The notes beneath the pieces were generated by a model. That model searched no databases and was not told the origin of the DNA. It saw only the letters and a list, made by a program, of their open reading frames with translations. Below, piece by piece: positions 1 through 12,625 of a stretch of 64,000 bases of DNA. The translations under genes were made by a program, and so were the position numbers. Within the stretch, counting starts at the first letter, position 1; the number at the start of each line of letters is the position of its first letter. Source of the DNA: Callorhinchus milii (lineage: Eukaryota); NCBI RefSeq assembly GCF_018977255.1, contig NW_024704742.1, positions 125,676,001-125,740,000 of the forward strand. Reading direction: 5' to 3'.

Positions 1-618
1 TGTACATTCTCACTTAGGAGAATAATCAAAATGTTTTATTTTGATCAGCCGGGTGTCTGACATATGAGCAAACACATCACCATTCTTAATTATAGGTATA
101 TATTATATATATGTACTATAGAGGATAATATATATGATAATATGTACCAATATGGCAGACAGCAGATGTACCAGTAGATACAGGGGGACCCTGTTATAGC
201 AGCCATTGATACAGCACTCCCTCACTTCCACTGTCAGTCTAGAACTGTAAAACCACAGAAATTACAGCAAAGAAGAAGGGCATTTGGTTTATCACGTCTG
301 TGCTGACCCTTTAAAGAACAATCCTTTCAATCCCATGTGTGCATTGTGGACTTGTATTAACTGAAAAGGTAGAATAGCTAGCTTCTGATATTCCTGCACT
401 GAAAAATAGTGCTTCCTGCAAATAGTGTGCAGGGAGAGGGAGAGAGGGATGGAGAAAGGAAGTCCTGTAATTGCAATTTCAAACACCCGTAGTTTTCATG
501 TCCTCATTGCTTTATACGACCGCACTTTTATATATAATGTTGTACGACTGCAATTCCTGACACATGTGAAATTTCACATCTTTCGGGAAATTCTGATGGG
601 TTTGGCCCATGCAATCAG

Positions 619-2440
619 TTTGTGATCAGAAGACTAGCCCCTCCCCATCTCCCCCTCACACCCTGGCCCCATCCCTCCCTCCACACCGTCGAATCTGCCT
701 CCAGCTCCTCTCTCACCACCACCATAAACCACATGAAACCGACCACCTGCTCCCTCAATCCAACCCCTACCCCTCTCCTTACCTCCAATCTCCACTTCCT
801 TGCCCTCCTACTCCCAGACATCATAAACCTTTTCCTGACCACTGGCACAGTTCCCACTAATCTAAAAACGTCCATCAGCACTCCTATCCTTAAAAGACTC
901 TCCCTAGACCCATTACTGCTTTCAAATCACCACCCCATCTCCAATCTCCCTTTCCTTTCCAAGATCTTGGAATGAGTCGTTGCTTCCCAGCTTCGCTCCT
1001 TCGTCACTCTCTTCACGAACTCCTCCAATCGGGTTTCCATGCCGCCCACTGCACAAAAACAGCTTTGATCAAAGTGACAAATGACATTTTGTCCATCTGT
1101 GACTAGGGCTCCCTCTGCCTCCTCGTCCCCCTTGACATCTCTGTTGCCTTTGATACCGTTGACCACTATCCTTCTCCACCACCTCTCCTCTCACCTCAAA
1201 CTTTATGGTTCTGTCCTTTATTGGTTCAGATCATAACCCTCACACCGTCTCCACTTCATCTCCACAAACGGCTTCTCCTCTAGCCCCCGCACTATCTAGT
1301 GTAGGGTTCCTCAGGGCTCTGTCCTCGATCCCCTCCTCTTCAATACCTATATCTCCGTCTTGGTGACATCATCCACAGATATGGGGTCAACTTCCACATG
1401 TATCCGGATGACAGCCAACTCTACCTCTCTATCTCCACCCTCGATTCCTGGACCACTGCTGTCCTGATAGAATGTCTGCCAGACATCAAGTCATGGATTT
1501 CGCCCACAAATATACAGTCAATTCACTTTACAGTCTATTTTGTGAAGCGCTTTGAGACGTCTAGAAGACGTGAAAAGCGCTATATCAAATGCAAGGATTA
1601 TTATTATTATTATGGATGAGAGCTAACTTTCTACAGTTGAATGTCAACAAGGCTCTCCTGATTGGCTCCCGTCAGCGCCTCCACACCTCAGGCACTGACG
1701 GCATCACCATCCATGGTTGCACACTCCACCTTACTAAGCCAGTCCGGAACTTTGGCATCTTGTTTGACCCTTAACTATCCTTTCTACCTCACATCCGTGC
1801 CATGACCTTCTCTGCCTTCCCCCACCTCCGCAACATCACCCGGCTCCACCACTGTCTCACACCGCAGGCCGCCGGAACCCTCATACACGCATTCATAACA
1901 TCCAGGCTTGACTATAAAAACGTTCTGCTTGTTGGCCTCTCTATCACCTCCCTCCATAGGCTGCAGATCATCCAGAACACTGCAGCCCATGTCCTCTTCC
2001 GCACCAAGCTCTGTGACCCTGTCACCCCCATCCTCGCCCGACTCCACTGGCTTCCCATCAGACAGAGGATACAGTTCAAGATCCTGGTCCCCACCTTCAA
2101 AGCCCCCCTACCTCTGCAGCCTTCCAACCCCTGCCCAACCTGCCCACTCCCTCCGCTCAGCAGGCTCCGGCCTGCTTCATGAACCCTGCCTCTCCCGCCC
2201 CACCATTGGAGGGCGAGCCTTCTGCCACTATGCCCCCACTTCTGGAACTCCATCCCGCAGTCTCTCCCCCACTTGCCTCCTTCAAGATCCATCTCAAGAC
2301 CCTCCTCTTCGACTGTGCCTTTAATCACCCTCCTTCCCCCACTGACCTCTACCCGCCCCGATCCTGACCCCCCGCTCGGGCCCGAAACACTGACATGAAA
2401 TGACATGAAAGGTGCTATACAAATGCAATTTTGTTGTTGT
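619..2440 (+). mobile_element. 5'-truncated L2-clade LINE (RT region and 3'UTR)
   Basis: MKPTTCSLNP...[63 protein letters not shown], then a (gtt)n tail. Disrupted. Confidence 0.93.
1499..1611 (+). mobile_element. Truncated SINE tail inserted in the L2, with TSD atggat
   Basis: gtgaagcgctttgagacgtc...gcgctatatcaaatgcaagg(att)n flanked by atggat at 1493-1498 and 1612-1617. Confidence 0.9.
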
Positions 2441-3574
2441 TTTCATGCACCAACCCTATTTTGCACATTAAACTGAGGGGAAATGTACCCGTAGATATTG
2501 TGCAAAGTAGCAGATTGTCAAAAGTTGAACTCCAGATGTTTGTGGGCCCCTCATGGGGTTTGAGTTTGTGCGACCCAAATCTAAACCAATTACCAAGTAA
2601 ATGTTTTCAATTTACCCACAACCATCTGTTACCTTACGTAATATTATCAGTTGTATTCACAAAGATTGATATGACAAGATGTGCTAGCACAAGTCATTTA
2701 AGTCTCCTTTATTCTTCTGAATGCTTTTTTTACTTGGTCTATTTCCCTACTTCCTTCCTTCTTTATTTATTTCAAAGAAGTCATTGGAATAAGGCTTTGT
2801 ATGTAAATATTCTCTCCCAGTGTTTTATACAAACGAGATGAGCCCACTGATAAAACAGAAGAAACCATTCTCCAGATGTCAAGAGTGTAGATTACTTGGC
2901 GATTTCCTCAGAATGGCTTGTAATTGAGGTTTCCATTATGATTTTGCTGTGATAATGAAACACAAAGAAACATTATCATGTGTTTCATTCTTGCACCAAA
3001 TGTGACCGTAAAGTGAAATGCCGCAGATTTCACCCTGCAAAGAGATATGCCAAAGTGGATGTATGTTGCAGGTTTATGCACTGGGATAAAAAATACATAA
3101 CAGCATTAAATGGGTCATATATCATTGTCTTAATCTGTTTGCTGACTACAGAATATAAGCAGCATGCTGTTGATAGTCTACTCTGTTAGGAACATCAATG
3201 AAAATGGTCAGAACCCAGCAGGTACAGTGTTCAGATAGAAGATGTCTATGAGACGTTAAAGAGACGTTAAAGATCCATGGCATTATTCCGATTACATTCT
3301 ATGCCCAGAGAAATTTCAGGGAAATGTGTAAGTGTCATGCATATGTGAAACTCTCAGTCTGTATTGGATACCCTTAAGCATGGCAATGGTTTTCCACAGG
3401 TATCAGACACCCAACTGACCCCCAAAAATCAAATAGGTAATTTATGCTCGACAAGTCAATGCAGAAGTTATACAGCTGATATAATAACTTCTGCAACACT
3501 TTATTTGCTTACGGGAGCCCTTTGCAGATTGAGGAAACTGAGCTGGTCTACTCATGGCGAGGTCCCAGTTTTGT

Positions 3575-3925
3575 AACAATTTGCAGCTGAATCCCCTGAT
3601 TGCATTGTTGGAAGTTGACAAGGCTATCAAGGTGTTGCAGTCAGGCAAAGTGCCAATGGCTTGCACTGTGAGCTTTTCTAAAAATCCACTGGAAGTAATG
3701 ACTCCATAGTGTTTAACATATGTAACCATGTGGTGAAGGTTGGCAAACCTCCTGACAGATGTGAAGCTACTCTCAACCTGTTTGCACAGAGTGGGAGGAC
3801 TCTCTGCACTGTTGCTGTTATTATTTCGTTTCAGTAGCTCAAGGTCTTGAGATTTTGTTTGGTCAGCTGGGTGTCTGACAATGTAGAAACTCATCACATT
3901 GTTTAAGAGTATCCAAACCAGGCTG
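3575..3925 (+). mobile_element. Highly decayed L1/Tx1-type LINE ORF2 (RT N-terminal) fragment
   Basis: Plus-strand pieces EVDKAIKVLQSGKVP / NGLHCELF*K ... FNICNHVVKVGKPP ... EDSLHCCCY/ISF resemble the L1-clade pattern EI..AI..LQSGK.PG.DG...EF.K...KDP..C.SYRPISL. Confidence 0.55.
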
Positions 3926-4273
3926 TAGTGACTGTGCATTCTTCAGGCAGTATTTTGTCTAATTGTGTTAACGCAGAACTCTCTCCACTGCTCATTATCA
4001 ACAAATAACATGATCAGATGTTTATTCCATCCATTCGTTGTATAACAGTTTGCAATTCCAGGTCAGGATATTCAGCACTGTGTTGCTTTCTTGCTTTCCA
4101 GGTTCATTTTGCCCACTTTATTGAGTCAGCACACAACAAGGCATTGTAGCGTGAACAATGCAACTTTTTGAAACAGAATCACAGGTCCCACGTGGGGCTT
4201 TTGTCTATCGATTGAGAACTATTTGTGTCAATTCTGCTGATTTTTTAAAAAATGGATCTTTTCTGCCAAAACT

Positions 4274-5174
4274 GTTATTCAGTATATCTAGCAGTAGCAG
4301 TCCTACAAAGGACTGTACAGCATTTCCATTTAAACACAGCTAGATTGGACAAATACAGACAAGGTGCTTACACCTGATAATATACGGCTTATGTATATCT
4401 AAGTGTGAAGTTCTATGCACGCGATATAATATACTTTAAACAAGGGACCCTGCAAACTCTAGAGAGGATATGTACTTTGATGGTAAAAATAATTCCTACA
4501 CATATGAAACAGACCAATGTAATAGTGTAATACAATGCAATACTGTACAAATTGTCATTTACATAGCGCCTTTCACGTTAGGGGGAAATATCCACAAAGT
4601 GCTTAACAATATTGACTGGGCTCGGCACCGGAGTTGGAGATAGCACTTTTGCAAAGGATAAATTTCTAAATTTTGCATTTACACATTTCATATGAATTAA
4701 TAGTTCCTCCGAAGAGTCATATTTCTCGCTGCTGCTAACATCCTCCGCTGGTCACCACAATTAACACTCAAGTATTATTAATAACAATAATTCTTGCATT
4801 TCATATGGTAACACCTTTCACGTCAGAAGGATATCTCAAAATACTTCACACGATTTACTGTAAAGTGTAGTGACTGTATTTTGGAGGTGAATGTGGCAGC
4901 CTGTAAAATCATTTTAACTTAAAACATAAGATTGCTCAGAATAGTGAAAACAATTTAAATTCAGTCTTAATTTGGAAGCCGTTTTTACACGGTTCTCAAA
5001 ATGTTGCCACAAATTAAGATCGAATTTAGATGAATTAGAATAGCGTTATCCAATACACTATATCCAGCAGTAGTAATCCTGTATAGGAGTGTATACTGTA
5101 TTTCCATTCAAACACAGCTAGATTGGACAAATCCAGACAAGTTACTTACACTTGGTAATATATGGCTCATGCAT
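4274..5174. repeat. Diverged direct repeat of ~125 bp (4274-4396 and 5045-5174)
   Basis: Shared core atttccatt(t/c)aaacacagctagattggacaaat(a/c)cagacaag. Confidence 0.85.
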
Positions 5175-6149
5175 TCTTACCCTTTAAGAATTTTAATTTT
5201 ACAAATTGAATAGTCTTACAGACTAAGACTAGGTGGAATTTCGGGCCTTACATGTGCAAGAATGTGAGTATCTCCTGAGGTCACTGTGACAGATTGATGT
5301 GAAAGATCTCACTAGCTATTTCACCCACAAAACACAGCCACTCCATTTTACAGTATACCTCGCAAAGCACTTTTGAGATATCCTCCCAATGTCAAAGGCA
5401 CTATAAATGTAAAGATTATTATTGTTTTTCTGCACTAAGTATTCTGAATTTCAGTGCAGGAACACTTACTCGACCTCTCTGTAATCTGAAAGATAAACAG
5501 CAGTGAAAAGTTTTTCTGGACTTCCCTTGAGGCGAAAGTTGGAAAATACAATAAATAAAGAGGTCAACCAATGAATTATTTGAAAAGTATTTTTGTTTAC
5601 CCTCACAGAAAGCCTCTAAGTTTTATCTCACATTCAATCATATTTCACAGTCTCTCAATGGTACACATTCTGGTGCTATTCCGCAATTTGTTTCAGTGGA
5701 TGTTTGTTTCATGAGCATGCAATGATAGAATGGGTCTTTCCTATGGCTGTATCTTACGTAAGAATGTGTAGGTCTGGCAAAGATCATTGTGGTGCAGCTG
5801 ACTGGTCCCAAGGTAAGGAAGCAAACAAATAAATAATTTATAACTGCCCTACTCTACCTCTTGTAAACCTCAAATGAATCCTCTGCCTAATAGATATCCA
5901 ATCTCTTCTTGAACTTGCTAACACAATCAGCTTTCACTGGCTCTCTGGATAGTGTGTTCCGCACTTTCAACATTCTCTGTAGAACTATTTGCAGAGTACA
6001 TTTTGTGATGATGACCACACAAAGGTAACTGAACAGGGGTGAGCCTCTCTGTTTTTTCACAGTGTTGTCACACAACATGCAATTGATCATTTCTCACAGG
6101 TGACCACAGCACTCTTTTTAGGATGCGTGAGATCTAAGTCAAGAACACA

Positions 6150-6600
6150 TGCATTGATGGTCCTGATGGTGCAGTGCACAGACCAGGAACTTGCTGGTTC
6201 GAATCCCAGTACGTCTCGGCTGGGGCTACATGAGGAGGCTAAACTGGCCTCAGCCTTTCTAAGGTATTTTTGGTCAACCCTGTGTCTGGACACTCATCAC
6301 CATGCTTAAGCGTATTCAAACCAAACTGAGAAGTCCCATGCATTCTACCTACATATGGAAATTCTCGTACATTGGAATACATGGGGAGTCTATACTAGCT
6401 TTACCTTTCCCAAGATTAGGGAGGGGAAAGCCAGCCAGTGTTCCTGATCTCTCTACCGGTTGTGTGTGAGTGGCAGCTGGGTGAGAGGAGAGGTCAGGAG
6501 TGATTGTGACACCCTCTACAGTCGAGCGGCCTGTTTGCAAATAACAACGGCCACTCGGGCTGGGTATCAGAGGGCAACCATTAGAGCCCAATGAGAGCAG
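6150..6600 (+). mobile_element. Old tRNA-headed SINE-like element (family not assigned)
   Basis: B-box-like ggttcgaatccc at about 6197-6208, followed by a GC-richer body (gggaggggaaagccagccag...gggtgagaggagaggtcagg) that resembles shark interspersed repeats I recall. Confidence 0.35.
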
Positions 6601-6980
6601 GCCAGACCAGTGAGAGACATGTGCCGGCTGGGAGAAAATTAGCAAGAATAATTGGTCACATCAAAATGATTTAAACAAATAGTAAACAACTACATGGCAT
6701 GAAACTTGAGATTGACACAATAAGACCCGTGCAAACCCACAGTCAAACTGCTGTCCTGCCAGGCCTCAGGCTGACCCTGTGAGTAGTGAGCACCACAGTG
6801 AGCAAGGGAAGTGCGATCAGAATAGCATTGTCAATCTGCTTTTAACAACACTTAGTATGAGCAATATATACTGCAAAACTCCAGGATCATGAAGTCAGCA
6901 GCTGGCAATAGTCAGTGGTATATTTTCTATAAAGTGTAGATCAAGTGTATTCTTTGATGTGTGTATATATTGATGTTTAC

Positions 6981-7275
6981 GTCCTGTAGCTTAGTGGTTA
7001 GAGCACTCGCCTTGCAAGCAAGGCACCTGGGTTCAATTCCAGGCAGGGCGAAACCTTGGGCAAGTTTCCTTACTCCACACGTCTAATAATAATCCCTCCA
7101 AAACAAAAATAAATTGGTAATTTTCAATCCACGACTGTGGGACATTGCTGTGCGCAATTGGCTGCCGCGTTTCGCCCACAAATATATGGTCAAATCACTT
7201 TACAGTCTATTCTGTGAAGCGCTTTGAGATGTCGAGAAGACATGACAAGCGCTATATCAAATGTAAGGATTATAT
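6981..7275 (+). mobile_element. Full-length tRNA(Ala-like)-derived SINE with L2-type tail
   Basis: A-box tagcttagtgg, TGC anticodon-like loop, B-box ggttcaattcc, body with gctgtgcgcaattggctgcc, tail gcgctatatcaaatgtaaggatta. Confidence 0.92.
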
Positions 7276-8149
7276 TTATATATGCGCACTCGTAGGTTAA
7301 TGAGCATTCCAGAGGAAGTCTGAACGTCATGCATTGCCATGGTACTACTGTCAATGAATTATACTGCTGCTGAGAACAATAAGGGAGAATTACAAACCCA
7401 CGTGCTTAATGTTAGCTCTATGCCTCAGCACACTGAGCAATGCCCAACAGCAGCATGGTTTAACGCAGGTTTCGTTCACATATCATTGAGCTCCTGACCC
7501 CTGTCATTATAACGTGATGAAAATATTCCAAGCAGAGAACAAGAGTTTCCCATGGAGAAATAGAGAGAATTGGAAAAATTAGGGTTTGAGCGATAAAGCC
7601 GCAAAAATACACAAACAATCTCTTAATCCATAAACAGTTCTTAAACTAAAACATGTAGCATAATTCAAGGATTATTTTAAATAACTGGATTTATATAGAG
7701 AAAAACATCACCCCCTCAATCAGCTTTTAGCAATCAGCGTATTGCAAGGAAAGTATTACACAATTCTAAATTCTCCCACAAAATACATGGTCATTGTGCT
7801 TTCCAATATATTCTGCGAAATGCTTTGCGACATCCTCCCAATGCTAAAGGTGTTATTTCGAATGTAAGGATATTATTATAATAAATTCAGCTTTTTTTGT
7901 TTGGTCACCCGAGTGTCTGGCACATATTATAATAATATTCTTTGTGTTTGATATAGCACCTCTCACATCAGGATGATATCTCAAAGCGCTTCACAGTGTA
8001 GTGCTGTGGTGTGTAGTGACTGGGTATTTAAGGCAAACAGGAAAGCCACCACCATGCCAAACCAAACTAATGAGAGTTCCCATATGTGTGGAAATTCTTC
8101 TTTGTCTGGTATGGAACACACAAAGAGGAATGCATCCTGCTAACAACTG

Positions 8150-8564
8150 CACCGCAGGCCACCAAAACCCTCATATGCGCATTCATAATATAGAGGCTTG
8201 ACTATGCAAACTCATTGCTTGTCGGCCTCCCCAACTCCTCCCTCCATAGGCTGAAGATCATCCAGAACTCTGCAGCTCACATCCTCTCCCGCCCATGGCT
8301 CTGTGACACTATCAGCCCCATCCCACAAAGGATTCAGTTCAAGATCCTGGTCCTCACCTTCAAAGCCCTCCATGGTCTTGCTCCCCTCTACCTCTGCGAC
8401 CTCCTAGCACCCTACCATTCTGCTCGCTCCCTCCACTCAGTGGGCTCCAGCCTGCTTCACGTCCCCCGCTCGCCCGCGTCTCCAAAACACTGACTGTCCA
8501 GCGCCTTGGGACATTCCCCGGATGTGAAATGCACTATACAAATGTAATTTTGTTGTTGTTGTTG
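8150..8564 (+). mobile_element. L2 3' fragment
   Basis: LVGLPNSSLHRLKIIQNSAAHIL...[22 protein letters not shown] and a (gtt)n tail. Confidence 0.9.
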
Positions 8565-8689
8565 CTAACCAGTGGGAAAGTTTGGTGCAGGTTGCCAAAA
8601 GCCAAGACTCCGCGATCCCAGAGGTAACATTGACTTACTGCTGGTGCTTAAGCAGTTAATCCACACAGTTTATTTTTGCAACGTAAACT

Positions 8690-8880
8690 TGATTGTAAAA
8701 TATAGATACTGTAGATATATTCAAGAGGAAACTAAGATGTTCACATGAGGGAGAGGGGAATAGAAGGGTATGGGAGGGAGTAAGGAATAAGTGGAAACTT
8801 GTTTGGAGCATAAACACAAGCACGGGCTGGTTCGGCTGACTGGCCTGTTTCCGTGCTGTACAGTCTTCATAAATCTTTGT
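8690..8880 (+). mobile_element. Old CR1-type 3' end
   Basis: agaagggtatggg...ggctgactggcctgtttccgtgctgta resembles the 3' end of the CR1 at 61300-61400. Confidence 0.6.
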
Positions 8881-10344
8881 AAATGTATTATAATAAGAAA
8901 TATAGTGTAAATGAAATTCAAGAGACTGAGAGAATGAGAGTGAGAGAGTTCTGGATATCTGAATCATCGTTTCCTGTAACATTTCACTTCGTTTAAATGT
9001 AGTAACAATCTGACTTGTCAATAAATAGGCGAACAAGCAGCTGTTTCCTCTGTAGTTTGAGAATTTCCTATCATTAAAAAAAATACAACCTTATATCTTT
9101 TTTTCTATTTCATCTTTTCCTTATTTGGTTCTTTACTGTGAGCATTGGTCAGCAGTTACCAGTCACAGGATCATAAGGTTGGTTTGGATGAAGAAGGCCC
9201 TTCAGTCCAGTCCTTCTGATCTCGTCCCTCCAGAACACAGCATCAAGCTGCCTTTCAGATGAGTGGTATCAAATGACCTTATGCAAAAGCAAATCTGCAT
9301 TTTGTACTGAAATGGGAGTTCAGAGTTTGTGAATTGGAAAATAGAGGAGAGGGTGGGGAGTAATGGAGAGACAAACCCAGACACAAATTTGTAGCTGTGA
9401 ATAATCGCTTTGATTATTATAATTCTCCCACTAAAGAAAACGTCTCAGGACATTTACAGGAAAGAAAGAGTAGGATCAGCAGGCAGGAAGTGGTGATGGA
9501 GCAGTAGAATCTAAAGACTGAGTGTTCTGAATCAGAAACAATAGATTCTTCTCACTGGTAGAGAGAAGACTGAAGAAGGTCCTTCGGCCCCAATAACTTC
9601 TTCATGTGAAATCTACCACCTTCATAGTACATTGTTTTCTTAAATTTGTTCAGTGTCCAATCTAAGTTAGCATTGGGGAGATGCAATGTTGGAGCTACTT
9701 CAAATGAGATGTTAAACCAACCTCCTTGTCTGCCCGCATAGTTTAATATTAAAAATCCCATTATACTATTCAAGGAGAGAGTTTATCCTACTATCCTGGC
9801 CAACATCCACCCTGATAAATTAGCCATTCACTTTATTTGGCTATTTATGGAACCTTACTACACACAACTTGTCTGCCAATGAATGTAAAGGGTAATTTAC
9901 CTGTGAAGTGCTTTAAGACATTTCAACATTACAAGTGCTGCAAAAATGTAAGGATTATTATTTATTATTATCCTCTAATTCTGTGCTCACAGTCCTGAAA
10001 GTATCTAGATTATCCATGTCTCTAGTATTCTCTGTGTTCATAGTCCTGATATTGGAGTCCTGATGGCACAATCCTGAAGTAACGTTCTCACGGTGTCCTG
10101 GCCCACAAACCCCCAGCTCAAACTACTCAGTCACTTTGTGCCTTCGGCCACGCTCCAACCCTTCCTGCCCTACCTTCCACCATCCCTGATCCCAATATCC
10201 CTCCACCCCCACCTCGCTCGGGTGCTAATCCCTGACTTTTCAGCACCTTGGGATGTCTTTCTGATGTGAATGACCCTTTACAAATGTAATTTTGTATTGT
10301 ATTATATGACACTTGTGTGTCAGGCTGGTTCAGTTGTGTACGAG

Positions 10345-10775
10345 GCTGGCTCAGTTGGTTGTATTTTTGCCTCTGAGTTAGATGGTTGTGGGTTCAAGCC
10401 CCATGTCAGGACGTGGAATTCACATAGTCAAAGCTGAGGTTCCACTGCAGTGCTGGGGGATGCTGCATTTTAGGAAGTGTTGTGCTTCGGATGAATCGTT
10501 ACATCGAGACCCCGTCTGTCTGTTCAGGTGGACGTTAAAGATCCCATTTCACAAGTCAAAAAGAGAAAGGAGTTTCGTCCAGTGTAATGGCAACAATACC
10601 CCAAATAAAATTGGTCATTGACTTCATGTTGTTGGACATTGCTATTCACAAATTGGCTGCCTGTTCATTCAAAAAACACACACAGTAACGCACTTTGCAG
10701 TATCCTGTGATGCACTTTAAGATATCCTCCAAATGTGAAAGACTGTATACCAAATACAAGAATTATTATTATTAA
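10345..10775 (+). mobile_element. Deu-domain SINE (DeuSINE superfamily)
   Basis: tRNA-like head (gctcagttgg...gggttcaagcccc), Deu core ggatgaatcgttacatcgag...ggtggacgttaaagatccca...aaattggctgcc, and an L2-type tail. Confidence 0.8.
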
Positions 10776-11505
10776 TTATGGCAGTTTGGGGGATACTACT
10801 GTGCATAACTGGCAGCCGTGTTTGTCTACAATCACTTGTGTAAATCTTGTGAAGAGCTTTGAGATATTTTGACAACGTGATAAGGGGCTAAATCAACTGC
10901 AAGGATGAAAGATTTGTATTACCCTACCTCTGGTATGCTTTGTTCTCACAGTCTTATAAACAGCTATATTACTTCACATTTCAGTGTTTTAATTACCTGA
11001 AACTCATCCTCTTAATTGTTCTTCTCCACGAATCTAATTTATGTTTTAACATTTAAAATATAAACAAACATTAGCCTTCAACCATATCCCTTATTTAGTA
11101 TCTCTACTTCCACGGTATCTGTCCACTCTCTTTTAAACATCTGTATTGAATCTGTCTCTGCCGCTTTCTGGGGCAGACTGTTCCCCATCTTCAAAACCCT
11201 TGTGTAAGGACACACATCCTGACCTCAGCTCTAACTGCCTTGGCTCGGATTTTAAGGCTCCGCCTCTTGGAGTGATACAGAAGGAGTTGTTTGCGTGTTC
11301 TGCGCTCCAGACCAGTTTTTCTTCCAGAGGATTGTTGGCCAGGACACCAGGAGAAACTCTGTTCTGTTTTTAAATACAGTAGTGCCTGAATAGATAGTCG
11401 AGACTTCGATTTAATGTCTCAATCAAAGGAAGTCAAGTCCAAAAACTGCAGTGGTCCCCCAACACTGTATTGAATGTCAGCTGAGACTAGCTTTGGCCTT
11501 TACCT

Positions 11506-12625
11506 GAATTATTTTTTTCCTCACTGAACTTTGACAATATCGCTTTGCTGCACTCCCATTTCTTTTCAAAACTTTAGCTGCCTCCTCTGATTCCTAACCC
11601 TTCACCCTAACTTGGGTGTTTTCTACAAGTATAATTATCTTGCAGAGTCTGTGAATCCAGCTCGTTTATGCATAATCAAAAGCATTCAATTAACAATAAT
11701 CCTGAGTGCCCACAAAGTGTTCCGTTCCTCCGAGCTTCATAAACTCAGAATTTCAGCCCTGTTACAAAAACAGGGCCTTCACACACACTCACAAAAAACC
11801 ACAAGATTGAAATCAAGCAGCTGTAAAGTGGAAGGAATAACAGAACACACTCAAGCTTGAGGCAGTATGGCAAACTATGAGATTCGTGACCTGCATTTGC
11901 AGTCAGCCTGTGCGCTAGTGGTTTAGGAGTTTTTGGTCCAGATTGTAATATTGGGAATACCAATTGATTTCCTTTGTTCAAAAAATAACACTAAGGTCTG
12001 GATATTCACACATGCAGTCAGTACTTATCTGCTCCTACACTGTGGAATTCCATTCTGGAGTCGCTCTAACTCCCACCCCTCCACCCCCACCAAATCTCTT
12101 TCATCTCAAAACCTTCCTCATTGACCGTGCCTTTGGTCATGTTATCCATCTCTGCGCCCTCCCCGACACCCCCAGCTTACATCGCCAGCTCAGGTGCCAA
12201 GATTGTCCAGTGCGTCAGGACATACTCCTGACATGAAAGGTGACATATCAATGTAAATTTGTACAGGGTTTAACGGCATCCATGTTTTCTGCAACCAGTG
12301 GGTAGGCAAGCCTACAACGTGGTGATCTAAATCACACTCTGAGTCCCTACATTCGCCCACAAAACACTGTCCACTTTACAGTATATCCTGTGATGCACTT
12401 TGAAGTGCATCCCGAGGTGAAAGGTCTATACTAAATCTAAGGATTAATATTATTATGCATAACAGAGCTGGATCCACAGACTCAGTACAAGATAATTAAT
12501 ACTTGCAGAAAACACCCAAGTTAGGGAGAAGAGTGGAATCAGTGGAGGCAGCTAAGATCTTGTAAAGAAATAGGGTGTGTAGCTGAGTGAATATTGTTAA
12601 AGTTCAATGCAGAAAAAAAATATTC
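11506..12625. repeat. Inverted repeat with ~170-bp arms (11506-11676 and 12452-12625)
   Basis: ccctaacttgggtgttttctacaagtataattatcttg versus caagataattaatacttgcagaaaacacccaagttaggg; complementarity extends along the whole arm with scattered mismatches. Confidence 0.88.

Noticed and set aside
3442..3939. 165-aa minus-strand ORF
   Set aside because: No recognisable domain; the opposite strand carries LINE RT motifs.
6981..7055. tRNA-Ala(TGC)-like sequences (also at 43928, 52952, 53480, 56125)
   Set aside because: The acceptor stems do not pair and each continues into a SINE body and tail, so they are SINE heads, not tRNA genes.
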